Shown here: positions 18,055-26,556 of the stretch, one piece after another
Layout of the letters: the number at the start of each line of letters is the position of its first letter
How positions within the stretch are numbered: position 1 is the stretch's first letter
NCBI GenBank assembly: GCA_963833095.1
Contig: CAWHWQ010000004.1
Coordinates: forward strand, 32,001 to 96,000
Reading direction: 5' to 3'
Source: Vulcanimicrobiota bacterium
GTDB lineage: Bacteria; Vulcanimicrobiota; Vulcanimicrobiia; Vulcanimicrobiales; Vulcanimicrobiaceae
Length of the DNA stretch: 64,000 nucleotides
Position numbers and translations under genes: made by a program
The notes under the pieces: model-generated
What the model was told of the DNA's origin: nothing
The model's input: only the letters and a program-made list of their open reading frames with translations
Database searches by the model: none

Positions 18055-18530
18055 GCTTTACTACTCACCAGAACGCTGTTCTGCGGAGGCGGAACGAAAC
18101 CGCGGCGCTTATATGTTTGGGGAGCATCGCTGGCCGCGCGCTGCAACGCCGTCGTGATCTTGACCAATCGCTGCATACCGCTCTGAATCAACGCCTTGTT
18201 GTTGTTATTGGTGATCCGCAGGCCGATCGAGGTCGTGGTCAGTTCGACCAAACGCTGATTGAGCGTCGGCCACATCTGCCGCGGCGCATAGAGACACACT
18301 TGGCGTAGCGTGAGCGCGCCGAAGCCGCGGATCTGCATACCGCGACGCTTGCCGGAGGCCGAGTGATACGCGCGCCGGGCCGAATCCAGACCGCGCTCGC
18401 ACTCGAGAATTTCGGTTGCATCGCTCTTGACCAGCGCTTTGGTGAGCAACAGAGCCGCCTCATGCGTGCGCCGGAGCAGCAGTGATTCTTCGTGCAATGC
18501 GCTCGCGAAAGCTTCCCACGAATCGCTCAC
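18051..18530 (-). CDS. flgN: FlgN-like export chaperone
   Basis: helical 159 aa between flgJ and flgK; N..N..LI motif. Confidence 0.65.
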   Translation of the reverse strand: MSDSWEAFASALHEESLLLRRTHEAALLLTKALVKSDATEILECERGLDSARRAYHSASGKRRGMQIRGFGALTLRQVCLYAPRQMWPTLNQRLVELTTTSIGLRITNNNNKALIQSGMQRLVKITTALQRAASDAPQTYKRRGFVPPPQNSVLVSSKA

Positions 18531-18898
18531 GGTTCGATCCTCCGGTCAACGTCGACGTTAGCCTCGTGACTTGCGTCACCGAGTACTTGATTGCGGAACT
18601 GACTCTCGAGCTGCTGCGCGAGTCCAAACGAGCCGCTCTTTGCCATCTGCTGCGAGCGCTCGTCGTTGAGCATGCTTTGCCAGGTCTGTTCGGCCGAGTT
18701 ATCTCCACCCATGAGCGTCTGCTGCGGAACGGTCTCTTGCATGGCGTTCATCAGCATCTCGATGAAGACGCCTTCGAATTGCGTCGCCGCGTCGTGCAGC
18801 TTCGCCAGAGCCTGCTTTTGCTGGGGCGTGAGCGGCTGCTGCGGTTTGACGCCGGAGGCTTGCTCATTGCCGGCGGTAGGGTCGATCGGCGATGCCAC
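18527..18898 (-). CDS. flgJ: short FlgJ (rod-binding domain only)
   Basis: L..AA.QFEGVF...M..AM.ETVP; GSFGLA; no muramidase domain. Confidence 0.88.
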   Translation of the reverse strand: MASPIDPTAGNEQASGVKPQQPLTPQQKQALAKLHDAATQFEGVFIEMLMNAMQETVPQQTLMGGDNSAEQTWQSMLNDERSQQMAKSGSFGLAQQLESQFRNQVLGDASHEANVDVDRRIEP

Positions 18899-20022
18899 TA
18901 GATGATCTCCAAGTCAGCCTGGAGCGAGCCGGCCGTGCGCAGCGCCTGCACGATCGCAATCAAATCCCGCGGCGAGACGCCGAGCGCGTTGAGCGCACGA
19001 ACGACCGACGAGAGCGTGGCTGCGCCGGCAACGAAGGTGAGTTGGTGGCCCTTCTCCGCGGCGTTGACCGAGGTGTTGCGCTGGACGGCGGTGTTGCCGG
19101 TGGCAAAGGCGTTGGGCTGAACGACTTGATTCGTCGTTGTGATGGTGATCGAAAGATCCCCCGAGGCGATCGCGCATGGGGCGAGCCGAATGTTACCACC
19201 GAAGACGATCGTCCCGGTACGCTCGTTCATCACGACTTTGGCAAGTTCGTCCTGATTGAAGCTCAGGTCCGACGCGTCGGCAAGAAACTGCACGGGGTTG
19301 CCGCTATACTGCGGCGGCAGGTTGACGTGGACCGTTTCGGCGTCGTTCGCAAACGCAGTCCTCGCTCCGAACCGCGCGTTGAGCAGCGCGGCGAGATTGG
19401 CGGCGGTCTTGAAATCCGGCGTCGTCAGGACATAGTTGAACCCGCTGGGCGAATTCTGAATCGGCGTGACCATGTCGCGCGCGATCACCGCACCGTTGGG
19501 GATGCGGCCCGCACCGGTGAAATTCTTGTTGACGGTCGATCCGCCAAAACCCGCGACGAAGCCGCCGACGGAAAGCGGCCCTTGCGCGGTTGCATAGACG
19601 AGGTTGTTGGCCGCTTTGAGCTGGGTTAGCACGAGCGTGCCGCCCTGCAAACTCGTCGAGTCGCCCATCGCCGAGACGTCGACGTCGACGTTATCGCCGG
19701 AATGCGCGAAGGGAGGCAGCGTCGCGGTCACGATCACGGCGGCGACGTCGCGCGTGCGCACTTCGGTCTGCGTCACCGTCAGTCCAAAGGACTGCAGGAT
19801 GTTTTGAATCGTCTGGCTGGTGAAAATAACCGAGGTGGAATCGCCGGTGCCTTGCAAGCCCACGACGACGCCGTAGCCCACGAGCTGGTTGCCGGTCACG
19901 CCTTGCACGTGCGCAATATCTTTGACCAGCACCGGCTTTCCGACGGCTTGCGCCCACGCGCTCGATCCTGCGCAAACGAACGCGAGAATCAGCGCCGTCA
20001 GCGAACGTGTTAGAATAGCCAA
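18898..20022 (-). CDS. flgI: flagellar P-ring protein
   Basis: KDIA.VQG...NQLVGYG.VVGL.GTGD; SLQGGTL; NERTGTIV. Confidence 0.97.
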   Translation of the reverse strand: MAILTRSLTALILAFVCAGSSAWAQAVGKPVLVKDIAHVQGVTGNQLVGYGVVVGLQGTGDSTSVIFTSQTIQNILQSFGLTVTQTEVRTRDVAAVIVTATLPPFAHSGDNVDVDVSAMGDSTSLQGGTLVLTQLKAANNLVYATAQGPLSVGGFVAGFGGSTVNKNFTGAGRIPNGAVIARDMVTPIQNSPSGFNYVLTTPDFKTAANLAALLNARFGARTAFANDAETVHVNLPPQYSGNPVQFLADASDLSFNQDELAKVVMNERTGTIVFGGNIRLAPCAIASGDLSITITTTNQVVQPNAFATGNTAVQRNTSVNAAEKGHQLTFVAGAATLSSVVRALNALGVSPRDLIAIVQALRTAGSLQADLEII

Positions 20023-20603
20023 CTTAGTATCCTCGACAAGAGACCTTTGCTCTTCTGATCGTCGCCTTTAAAGACGCCCTGGACGTTCGCGACGCGCGAA
20101 GCAAGCACGGTGTCCGTGCTGTCGATGTCTTCAGGGCGAATCATTCCGGTGATGTGCAGGGTCTGCTGGCGGCCGTTGATGGTCATGCCTTGATCGCCCG
20201 CAATCTGGAACGCGCCGCTTGGCATCACGCTGGTCACCGTCGCCATCATCGTCGCGGTAAACGCGTCCGCGCCCGTGGCGCTTTGAGCGACGCTCGCCGC
20301 CGTCTGTCCCGAGACGCCGTTGTTGAGCCGAACAAGCGGAATGCCGAAGATGCCGGTGCCGTTGCCGCCGCTAACCGACGCGGACTTCGTGCTCGAGTAA
20401 TTGTTGGTATGCGAATTCGCATCCGCGATGTCGAACTGGACGTAGACCAGATCGCCGATTTGCGCAGCGCGATGATCGTTCATCAAATTCAGCGGATGAC
20501 CGGGCGCCGCGGCGGGCGGGGGAGGCTGGTAGAGTGAGTCTGCGGATGCTGCGACCGGAGCGAGCGCAAGCAACGCGAGTGCGGCAAGCAATGTGCGCAT
20601 CAT
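20010..20603 (-). CDS. flgH: flagellar L-ring protein
   Basis: D.RA..IGDLV; G.IRPEDI....V..SRVAN; terminal LF. Confidence 0.93.
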   Translation of the reverse strand: MMRTLLAALALLALAPVAASADSLYQPPPPAAAPGHPLNLMNDHRAAQIGDLVYVQFDIADANSHTNNYSSTKSASVSGGNGTGIFGIPLVRLNNGVSGQTAASVAQSATGADAFTATMMATVTSVMPSGAFQIAGDQGMTINGRQQTLHITGMIRPEDIDSTDTVLASRVANVQGVFKGDDQKSKGLLSRILSWLF

Positions 20604-21316
20604 AATGTGTCTCCCGACAGGTTCAGTTCGACGCGGTCCGGACCGACGACGGTTCCCGTTAAGGTCTTGTTGGTAAGCGGATTGAAGACGTTCACTTGTT
20701 CACCGAGTCCACCGCTCGTGCGCGCGACCACGTCGGCCGCGACGCGCACGCCGTCATTGTCGACGATCAACGTGACGGTATTGCCGGCTTTGACGATTTG
20801 ATCGACCTGCGTGCCTTCGATGGTCAAAGGCGCGCCGGAGCGAACCGCGGAGATCACGCGCCGTCCGACCAGTGCCGCGGTGCCGTTGGTGCGCTGGCCT
20901 ACGAAGACCATCCGCGCCATCTTGAGGTCGCTCGCTGCAAGCACCGCGCCGGGGAGAAGATCGTGCGTCGCAACCGCGGTCGAGACATAACGCTGGACGC
21001 GATAGCCCACGAAAATCTGGCGGAGGAAGCGCCCATCGAGATCGATCTCGATCGGCACGTTGACGTAGGACGGCGTCACGATCGCGCTCTGCACGACCAA
21101 CGACACTCGGCCGGGCGGAACGACTTGATCCGGAATCCGGTACGATTGCACCAGCACGGCGTCGCCTTCCAAGCGCACGCCCTTGGTAATCGGCGCGGCG
21201 AGCGCTTCGAAGCGCGCTCCAGAGAGCACCTGCATCGCCGTGGCGCGCGCCATCCCCGCGTCGCATCCGAAGAACGCGAGCACGAGGAGGAGAGCGACGG
21301 CGAACGAGTGCTTCAT
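20600..21316 (-). CDS. flgA: P-ring formation chaperone FlgA
   Basis: SAF-like region, VKAG..V, G..GEQV.V.N....K.L.G.V.G. Confidence 0.88.
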   Translation of the reverse strand: MKHSFAVALLLVLAFFGCDAGMARATAMQVLSGARFEALAAPITKGVRLEGDAVLVQSYRIPDQVVPPGRVSLVVQSAIVTPSYVNVPIEIDLDGRFLRQIFVGYRVQRYVSTAVATHDLLPGAVLAASDLKMARMVFVGQRTNGTAALVGRRVISAVRSGAPLTIEGTQVDQIVKAGNTVTLIVDNDGVRVAADVVARTSGGLGEQVNVFNPLTNKTLTGTVVGPDRVELNLSGDTL

Positions 21317-21324
21317 CCAGGCGC

Positions 21325-22116
21325 CTATTGGAACGGCGAGAGCTGGACGGCGGTTTGGAGCATCTGATCGGCGGCCCCGATCGCCTTGGAATTGGCTTCG
21401 TAAGCGCGTTGCGCGACGATCATGTTGACCATCTCGTTGACGACCGACACGTTGGAATTTTCCAAGTAGCCGTCTTCGAGCACGCCGGTGCCGTTGAGGC
21501 CTGGGGTGCTGACGATCGGCGGACCGCTCGCAGCCGTCTCGACGTAGAGGTTGTCACCAGTCGGCGTGAGACCGGCCGGATTCACGAAGCGCGCGAGCTG
21601 TAACTGTCCCAGCGTCTGCGGCTGAACGCTGCCCGGCACTTGCGCGGTTACCGTACCGTCCGGACCGATCGAGACCGAGACCGCGTTCTGCGGAATCGTT
21701 ATCTGCGGCTGGACGAAGTAGCCTTCGGCCGTAACGATCGAGCCGTTCGCGTCTTCTTTGAACGAACCGTCGCGCGTATAGCCGGTCGTGCCGTCAGGCA
21801 GGGTAATCTGGAAGAATCCGTCGCCCTCGATCGCCGCGTCGAGATTATTGCTGGTTTGGACGAGCGAGCCTTGTGTGAAGATCTTCTCCGAATCCGAGAC
21901 CTTCACGCCAAGACCAACTTGCTGACCAACCGGCACAATCGACGCGCCGACCGGTGCGCCCGGCGCTTGAATTTGCTGATAAACCAGGTCCTGGAAACGG
22001 GCCTGATTGCTCTTGAATCCCTGCGTGTCGACGTTCGCGAGATTGTTGGAAATCGTGTCCATGTTGTACTGCTGGGCTTCCATGCCGCTTGCAGCCGTAT
22101 ACAGTGATCGCATCAT
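21325..22116 (-). CDS. flgG: distal rod protein FlgG
   Basis: MRSLYTAASGM.AQQ..D.ISNNLANV.T.GFK; YTRDGSF; LE.SNV..V.EMV.MI.AQRAYEANSK. Confidence 0.97.
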   Translation of the reverse strand: MMRSLYTAASGMEAQQYNMDTISNNLANVDTQGFKSNQARFQDLVYQQIQAPGAPVGASIVPVGQQVGLGVKVSDSEKIFTQGSLVQTSNNLDAAIEGDGFFQITLPDGTTGYTRDGSFKEDANGSIVTAEGYFVQPQITIPQNAVSVSIGPDGTVTAQVPGSVQPQTLGQLQLARFVNPAGLTPTGDNLYVETAASGPPIVSTPGLNGTGVLEDGYLENSNVSVVNEMVNMIVAQRAYEANSKAIGAADQMLQTAVQLSPFQ

Positions 22117-22137
22117 GTCGGTTCGTTCACTCCTGGC

Positions 22138-22962
22138 CTAGGCCGTCTTTGCGACGACCGAGATCGCCGTGTTGGTAGCATCGTCTTGGGTCTTGATCGA
22201 TTTCTCGTTTGCGTCAAACCAGCGCTCAGCGGTGATGAGATCGACCATCGATTTCACCACGTTCGCGTTGCTCGTTTCGACTGAACCTTGTTGCACGGTC
22301 ACGCCGGTCGCCGTCGTGGGCCCGGCGTTACCACTGATGGCGTAGTTGTTCAGGCCTTCGGGGCGCAAGTTCAACAGGCTGTTGAACTGCGTCAACTGAA
22401 GTTGGCCGACGACCTGCGAACTCTGCGCGTTGTTGAGGCCGCCGTTTTGCACGATCGTGCCATCCTGTTGGATCGTAACGGGGCCGGACGTATTTTGCAG
22501 CTGGATCTGCTGGCCTTGCGTATTCAACACGGTGTTGCCGTCACGCGTACGAAGAATGCCCTGCCCATCCTCGGCGAACTCGCCGTCGCGGGTGTAGCGA
22601 ATGCCGTTCGGCGTCTGGATGGTGAAAAAGGCGTTCGGGGTGCCGGTGATCGCGACGTCGAGCGGATTGCCGGTCTGCTGCAACGAGCCTTGATCGTAAT
22701 TTGTCGGCGTGTCATAGACCAGCGCGCCGGTACCGAGTTGCCCGACTTCCTGCGCAACAGGCGTACCAGCAAGCGGATTGGAGGCGGTCTTGCCCGGATC
22801 CGTTTGTATACGATAGATGTCAAGCGACGGAGCCGACTGAATTTGGAGCAGCGTCTGTTTGAAGCCGCTCGTATCAACGTTGGCGAGATTATTCGCAACG
22901 TTGTCAGCCATACTCTGAGCTACGAGCGCGCCGCTCGCAGACGTGTACAGGCCACGTACCAA
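22138..22962 (-). CDS. flgF: rod protein FlgF (FlgF/FlhO-like)
   Basis: RGLYTSASG...ANNLANV.TSGFK; YTRDGEF; TTG start after GGAGG SD. Confidence 0.9.
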   Translation of the reverse strand: MVRGLYTSASGALVAQSMADNVANNLANVDTSGFKQTLLQIQSAPSLDIYRIQTDPGKTASNPLAGTPVAQEVGQLGTGALVYDTPTNYDQGSLQQTGNPLDVAITGTPNAFFTIQTPNGIRYTRDGEFAEDGQGILRTRDGNTVLNTQGQQIQLQNTSGPVTIQQDGTIVQNGGLNNAQSSQVVGQLQLTQFNSLLNLRPEGLNNYAISGNAGPTTATGVTVQQGSVETSNANVVKSMVDLITAERWFDANEKSIKTQDDATNTAISVVAKTA

Positions 22963-23100
22963 AAGAAAAAACCTCCGCACGAACAGGTTCCGGTTTCCCG
23001 GTTCTTCGCAAGACCGTCAATCAGTCGGGTCTCGCTCCGGCCTTCCACCCTTCGTGCGAGGTAGTCCAGGCCGCAAGTGCCAGCGAGCGCTGGTACTCCA
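22963..23100 (-). promoter_or_regulatory. structured 5' leader of the flgF operon, SD sequestered in a long-range stem (unassigned riboswitch-like RNA)
   Basis: ACCTCGCACGAAGGGT (23047-23062) pairs with ACCTGTTCGTGCGGAGGT (22971-22988); internal hairpins. Confidence 0.55.
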
Positions 23101-23105
23101 TTGGG

Positions 23106-23132
23106 GTTTCGGCAGACTGGGGCAAAATTTGA
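23106..23132 (-). promoter_or_regulatory. putative sigma-28 promoter for the flgF operon
   Basis: TCAA-N15-GCCGAAAC. Confidence 0.65.
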
Positions 23133-23152
23133 GGCCGACTTCGGGCCTATGG

Positions 23153-23257
23153 CCCTGGAGCAGCATTGCCCCTCGCTCAAAGCCTCGCGTCTCGGACAGT
23201 GAATGTCAGGGTCCTCGCCGCTTCGGCTAATCCGCTCGGAGCGAACGCTGCTCTGGA
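23153..23257. repeat. dispersed long hairpin element, copy A (similar to 40004-40075)
   Basis: closing stem gagcagcatt/aacgctgctc; shared blocks gcctcgcgt, tgtcagg, ctcgccgc, tcggctaa. Confidence 0.75.
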
Positions 23258-23259
23258 CC

Positions 23260-23285
23260 AAAGAAAAAGCCGCCCCGGGGCGGCT
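23260..23285 (-). terminator. intrinsic terminator after flgBC-fliE
   Basis: AGCCGCC-CCGG-GGCGGCT followed by TTTTCTTT. Confidence 0.85.
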
Positions 23286-23378
23286 GAAAGATGGATAGCA
23301 GATTTTTTCCTGGTTAGGCACGGCGGGCCGAAGTGTGCTTCGCACTCGAGGCCCGACGTAACGGCACCAGGGGGAAAT

Positions 23379-23735
23379 CTAGAACTGCATCTGAGCGATT
23401 TCGGTGTAGGCGGACATTATTTTATTCCGCACCGAGAGGGTCATCTGCATCGCCAGGCCGGCCTCTTCGACCGACTTGACGGTCCCCTCGAGGTCGTTGC
23501 TCTTGCCCAGTGCGTAGTCGGTCGACTTCTGCTCGGCGTCGTTCATCTGGCTGTTGACGTTGGTGAGCATTCCCGCGAGCGTGTCCTTGAACGAGACGCC
23601 GGCCCCTGCGCCGGCCCCGGCCACGCCCATGTCATCCGGCAGCGGCTCGGACTGCGGTCCCTGCGGGCTGATGTCCGGAACGAAGGTCCCGGGCGAGACT
23701 TTGCTCATCGCATCGCCGTAACTGTTGATTTCCAT
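23379..23735 (-). CDS. fliE: hook-basal body protein FliE
   Basis: SF.D.L...L..VN; A.LAMQMTLSVRNK.MSAY.EI..MQ. Confidence 0.95.
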   Translation of the reverse strand: MEINSYGDAMSKVSPGTFVPDISPQGPQSEPLPDDMGVAGAGAGAGVSFKDTLAGMLTNVNSQMNDAEQKSTDYALGKSNDLEGTVKSVEEAGLAMQMTLSVRNKIMSAYTEIAQMQF

Positions 23736-23747
23736 GTATCTCTTCTG

Positions 23748-24239
23748 CTAGCTCTTGAGGATCGAAAGGTCTTGCGCGCCCATGTTCTGCGAGGCGGTGA
23801 TTGCCGCGACGTTGGCCTGGTAGGCGCGCGAGGCGGCCATCAGGTCGACCATCTCTTTGACGATCTCAACGTTGGGGTAGTGCACGTAGCCGCGCGGGTC
23901 GGCTTCGGGATTGTTCGGATCGAAGACCAGGCGGTCGGGAGTAGGGTCATCGGTGATGCCCAGCGCCTGCACGCCCTCGACGTTAGCCGGCTGCGAGGAC
24001 GCCGGGTCAAACGGATCGGGCGGGGCGAAAGGGTCGCTCGATCCCGAGGATCCGACTTGGTCGCTGCCGCTCGGGGCTGCGGGTTTCTGGGCGAAAATGA
24101 CCAGTTGGCGCTTGAAGGCGCCGCCTTGCGGGGTGCGAGTCGTATTGGCGTTGGCAATGTTGTTGGCGATGACGTCCATCGCCAGACGCTCCGCCGAAAG
24201 ACCCGACGCGCTGATCTCGACTGAATCGTAATAGCCCAT
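23748..24239 (-). CDS. flgC: proximal rod protein FlgC
   Basis: ISASGL.AER..MDVIANNIANANTTR; DP.NPEAD..GYV.YPNV..V.EMVDLM.ASRAYQAN. Confidence 0.97.
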   Translation of the reverse strand: MGYYDSVEISASGLSAERLAMDVIANNIANANTTRTPQGGAFKRQLVIFAQKPAAPSGSDQVGSSGSSDPFAPPDPFDPASSQPANVEGVQALGITDDPTPDRLVFDPNNPEADPRGYVHYPNVEIVKEMVDLMAASRAYQANVAAITASQNMGAQDLSILKS

Positions 24240-24240
24240 C

Positions 24241-24678
24241 TTAGTTCGGCTGCTCCGTCGCGGCTTCGCGAATAAACTTGTACTGCTCTTGCAAGAGCTG
24301 GGATACCGTCTCCTGATAGCCCGTGTTCTTCGAGAGTTGCGCCATCTGCTGATCGATATCGACGTTGGATCCGTCGACGCGCATCTGCGTGGTGGTATCG
24401 ACTTGCGCCTGCGGATCGTAAGGCACCGGCGCTGCCCCGTCGCCGATCGCGAATTGCCGGTCGTCGTCGGTGGCCATCGCCAGCTCGTTCGGATCGGGCG
24501 GCACGCCCAGGCTGTCCTGCAACGCCGACTTGAAATCGACGTAAGAACTACGGAACTCGGGCGTGTTGACATTCGCGATGTTGTTCGCGATCTGTTTGTG
24601 TTCCATACTTGCGCCCTTGGCCGCCTCGCCCAAAAGCGTGGTCGCTTGTCCAAGCGGAAGAATGCTGAAATCAGCCAT
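24241..24678 (-). CDS. flgB: proximal rod protein FlgB
   Basis: IANNIANVNTPEF; R.DGSNVDID.QMA.L.KN...Y. Confidence 0.96.
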   Translation of the reverse strand: MADFSILPLGQATTLLGEAAKGASMEHKQIANNIANVNTPEFRSSYVDFKSALQDSLGVPPDPNELAMATDDDRQFAIGDGAAPVPYDPQAQVDTTTQMRVDGSNVDIDQQMAQLSKNTGYQETVSQLLQEQYKFIREAATEQPN

Positions 24679-24686
24679 CTAAAGGT

Positions 24687-24713
24687 CTATCGGCCTCCCG
24701 AGGGCGCAGCTTA
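24687..24713 (-). promoter_or_regulatory. putative sigma-28 promoter for flgB (leaderless geometry)
   Basis: TAAG-N15-GCCGATAG, then 8 nt to ATG, no SD. Confidence 0.7.
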
Positions 24714-26465
24714 AGCAGAAAATTGCGCTGCATGCAAGGCGGCGTATGCGCCTCCCTGAGCAAGCAGCACGTCGTGCGAGCCGGCCTCGAGCACGCGTCC
24801 GCCTTCGATATAAAGGATCGTGTTTGCGCGGCGGATCGTCGAGAGCCGATGGGCGATGATCAGGGTCGTCCGTCCGGGGAGCAAGCGATCGAGCGCCGAT
24901 TCAATGAGGGCCTCCGAGTGACGGTCGAGCGCGCTGGTTGCCTCGTCCAAAATGAGAATGCGCGGGTCGCGCACGATTGCGCGCGCAATCGCGATGCGCT
25001 GGCGCTGGCCGCCGGAGAGGCGAACGCCACGCTCGCCCACCTCGGTCGCGTAGCCCTCGGACAACGTCTGCACGAACTCGTCGGCATTCGCCTCGACCGC
25101 AGCGCGGCGAACGTCATCGTCGCTCGCGTCCAGACGGCCGTAACGAATATTTTCCGCGATCGAGGTCCGGAAGAGTTGCGGATCCTGCGGAACGATCGCG
25201 ATCTGCGAACGCAGATCGCCCAGGCGCACTCCGGCGATGTCGATGCCGTCGATCAAGACCCGGCCGCGTTGCGGGCGATAGAAACGTGGGATCAAGTTGA
25301 CCAGCGTCGTCTTGCCCGCGCCCGACGGCCCAACCAGCGCGACGATCTCGCCCGCTTCGATCGCTGCGGTAACATCGGCGAGAGCCGGTGCTTCTTGCTC
25401 GTCGTACGAGAACCACACACGGTCGAACTCGATGCGTCCGGCGATACGCGCCATCGGGGCTGGATCCGCAACGGCTTCTTCTTCGGCCGGTAGATCGAGC
25501 AATTCGTATGCGCGTCCCGCGGAGACGAGCGCTTTGCTCAAATCGCCGACAAATGCGGCGATACGATTCATCGGATTGACCAAATTGACGACCAGCAACC
25601 AATAGGTCATCAGCAAACCGCTGTTGAGATGGCCCACCAAGACCTCGCGAACGGAAAGCCAGATGATCGCGATCACGCCGCACGTCAGAATCGACGAAAT
25701 CACGACCGGCTGCATGAACACGAATTGATTGAGTTTCATGAACGCGCCATAGTAGTCGTCGTTACGATTGCGAAAACGCTTCGACTCGAAGTCCTCGCGC
25801 CCGAACGCTTTCACGACCCGCTGCGCTTGGAGAATTTCGGTCAACGTCGAAGAAAGGTTCGCGATACGCGATTGCGAGCGCGTCATGCTGGTCGAAATCA
25901 ACTTCTGAAAACGCGAAACCGCGACCGACATCAGCGGCGCGATCACGATCAGCACGAGCGTGAGCAGCCAGTCGATCCAGATCATTGCAATGAACGAGCT
26001 CGCAAACGTCAGCGTTGCGTTGATAAGTTGCGGCAGCGAAACGCTCACCGCGTCGCTCATTACTTGGAGATCGCTGTTGAAGCGCGCGATGAGCTCACCG
26101 GGCCGCCAGCGGTCGAAAATCTGGATCGGCAGGCGAAGCAGCCGGTCGTAGAGTCTCTGCCGCAGCTTGGCAAGGAAGCCTTGCCCGCACAAGGTCGTGA
26201 TGTAGTTCGTTCCGTAGGTCGCGAAATTGGAGAGCACCAGCGCAACATAGGTTGCGCCCAGCGCCAGATAGAGCACGCGCAGATCGGGCGGCGCGCCGGT
26301 GTGCGCGGTCGCTGGGACGATGACGCGATTGAAGATGACGCCCAGCGCCCATGGTCCGACCAGCACGAGCAGACTATTGAGAGCGCCCAAACCGATCGCT
26401 ACGAGCAACCGGGGGTAGTAGGGACGCCCTTCACGCGCCAAACGCGCGACCGTGGATTGCGCCAT
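24711..26465 (-). CDS. MsbA-like ABC exporter (TMD+NBD)
   Basis: TM helices, Walker A GPSGAGKT, LSGGQRQR, ILILDEATSALD. Confidence 0.93.
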   Translation of the reverse strand: MAQSTVARLAREGRPYYPRLLVAIGLGALNSLLVLVGPWALGVIFNRVIVPATAHTGAPPDLRVLYLALGATYVALVLSNFATYGTNYITTLCGQGFLAKLRQRLYDRLLRLPIQIFDRWRPGELIARFNSDLQVMSDAVSVSLPQLINATLTFASSFIAMIWIDWLLTLVLIVIAPLMSVAVSRFQKLISTSMTRSQSRIANLSSTLTEILQAQRVVKAFGREDFESKRFRNRNDDYYGAFMKLNQFVFMQPVVISSILTCGVIAIIWLSVREVLVGHLNSGLLMTYWLLVVNLVNPMNRIAAFVGDLSKALVSAGRAYELLDLPAEEEAVADPAPMARIAGRIEFDRVWFSYDEQEAPALADVTAAIEAGEIVALVGPSGAGKTTLVNLIPRFYRPQRGRVLIDGIDIAGVRLGDLRSQIAIVPQDPQLFRTSIAENIRYGRLDASDDDVRRAAVEANADEFVQTLSEGYATEVGERGVRLSGGQRQRIAIARAIVRDPRILILDEATSALDRHSEALIESALDRLLPGRTTLIIAHRLSTIRRANTILYIEGGRVLEAGSHDVLLAQGGAYAALHAAQFSA

Positions 26466-26556
26466 CGGGCCCGGTCTTGCGGCCCGCCGCGGATGAAACC
26501 TGCACCCGCGCGCAGCAGTACACGAGGGTGTAGGATTGGAGCCTGAAGCAAGGATT

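Noticed and set aside
22971..23062. Assignment of the flgF leader to the c-di-GMP-I, c-di-GMP-II or TPP riboswitch classes
   Set aside because: Lacks GGCAAA/GCAAAG (class I), the GGGCAC/GUGC pseudoknot (class II) and CUGAGA (TPP); only superficial GGAA...AACCG similarity
23303..23377. Long imperfect hairpin directly after the fliE stop as a separate ncRNA
   Set aside because: Single copy with no recognisable motif; may simply be a 3' UTR stabiliser ahead of the terminator
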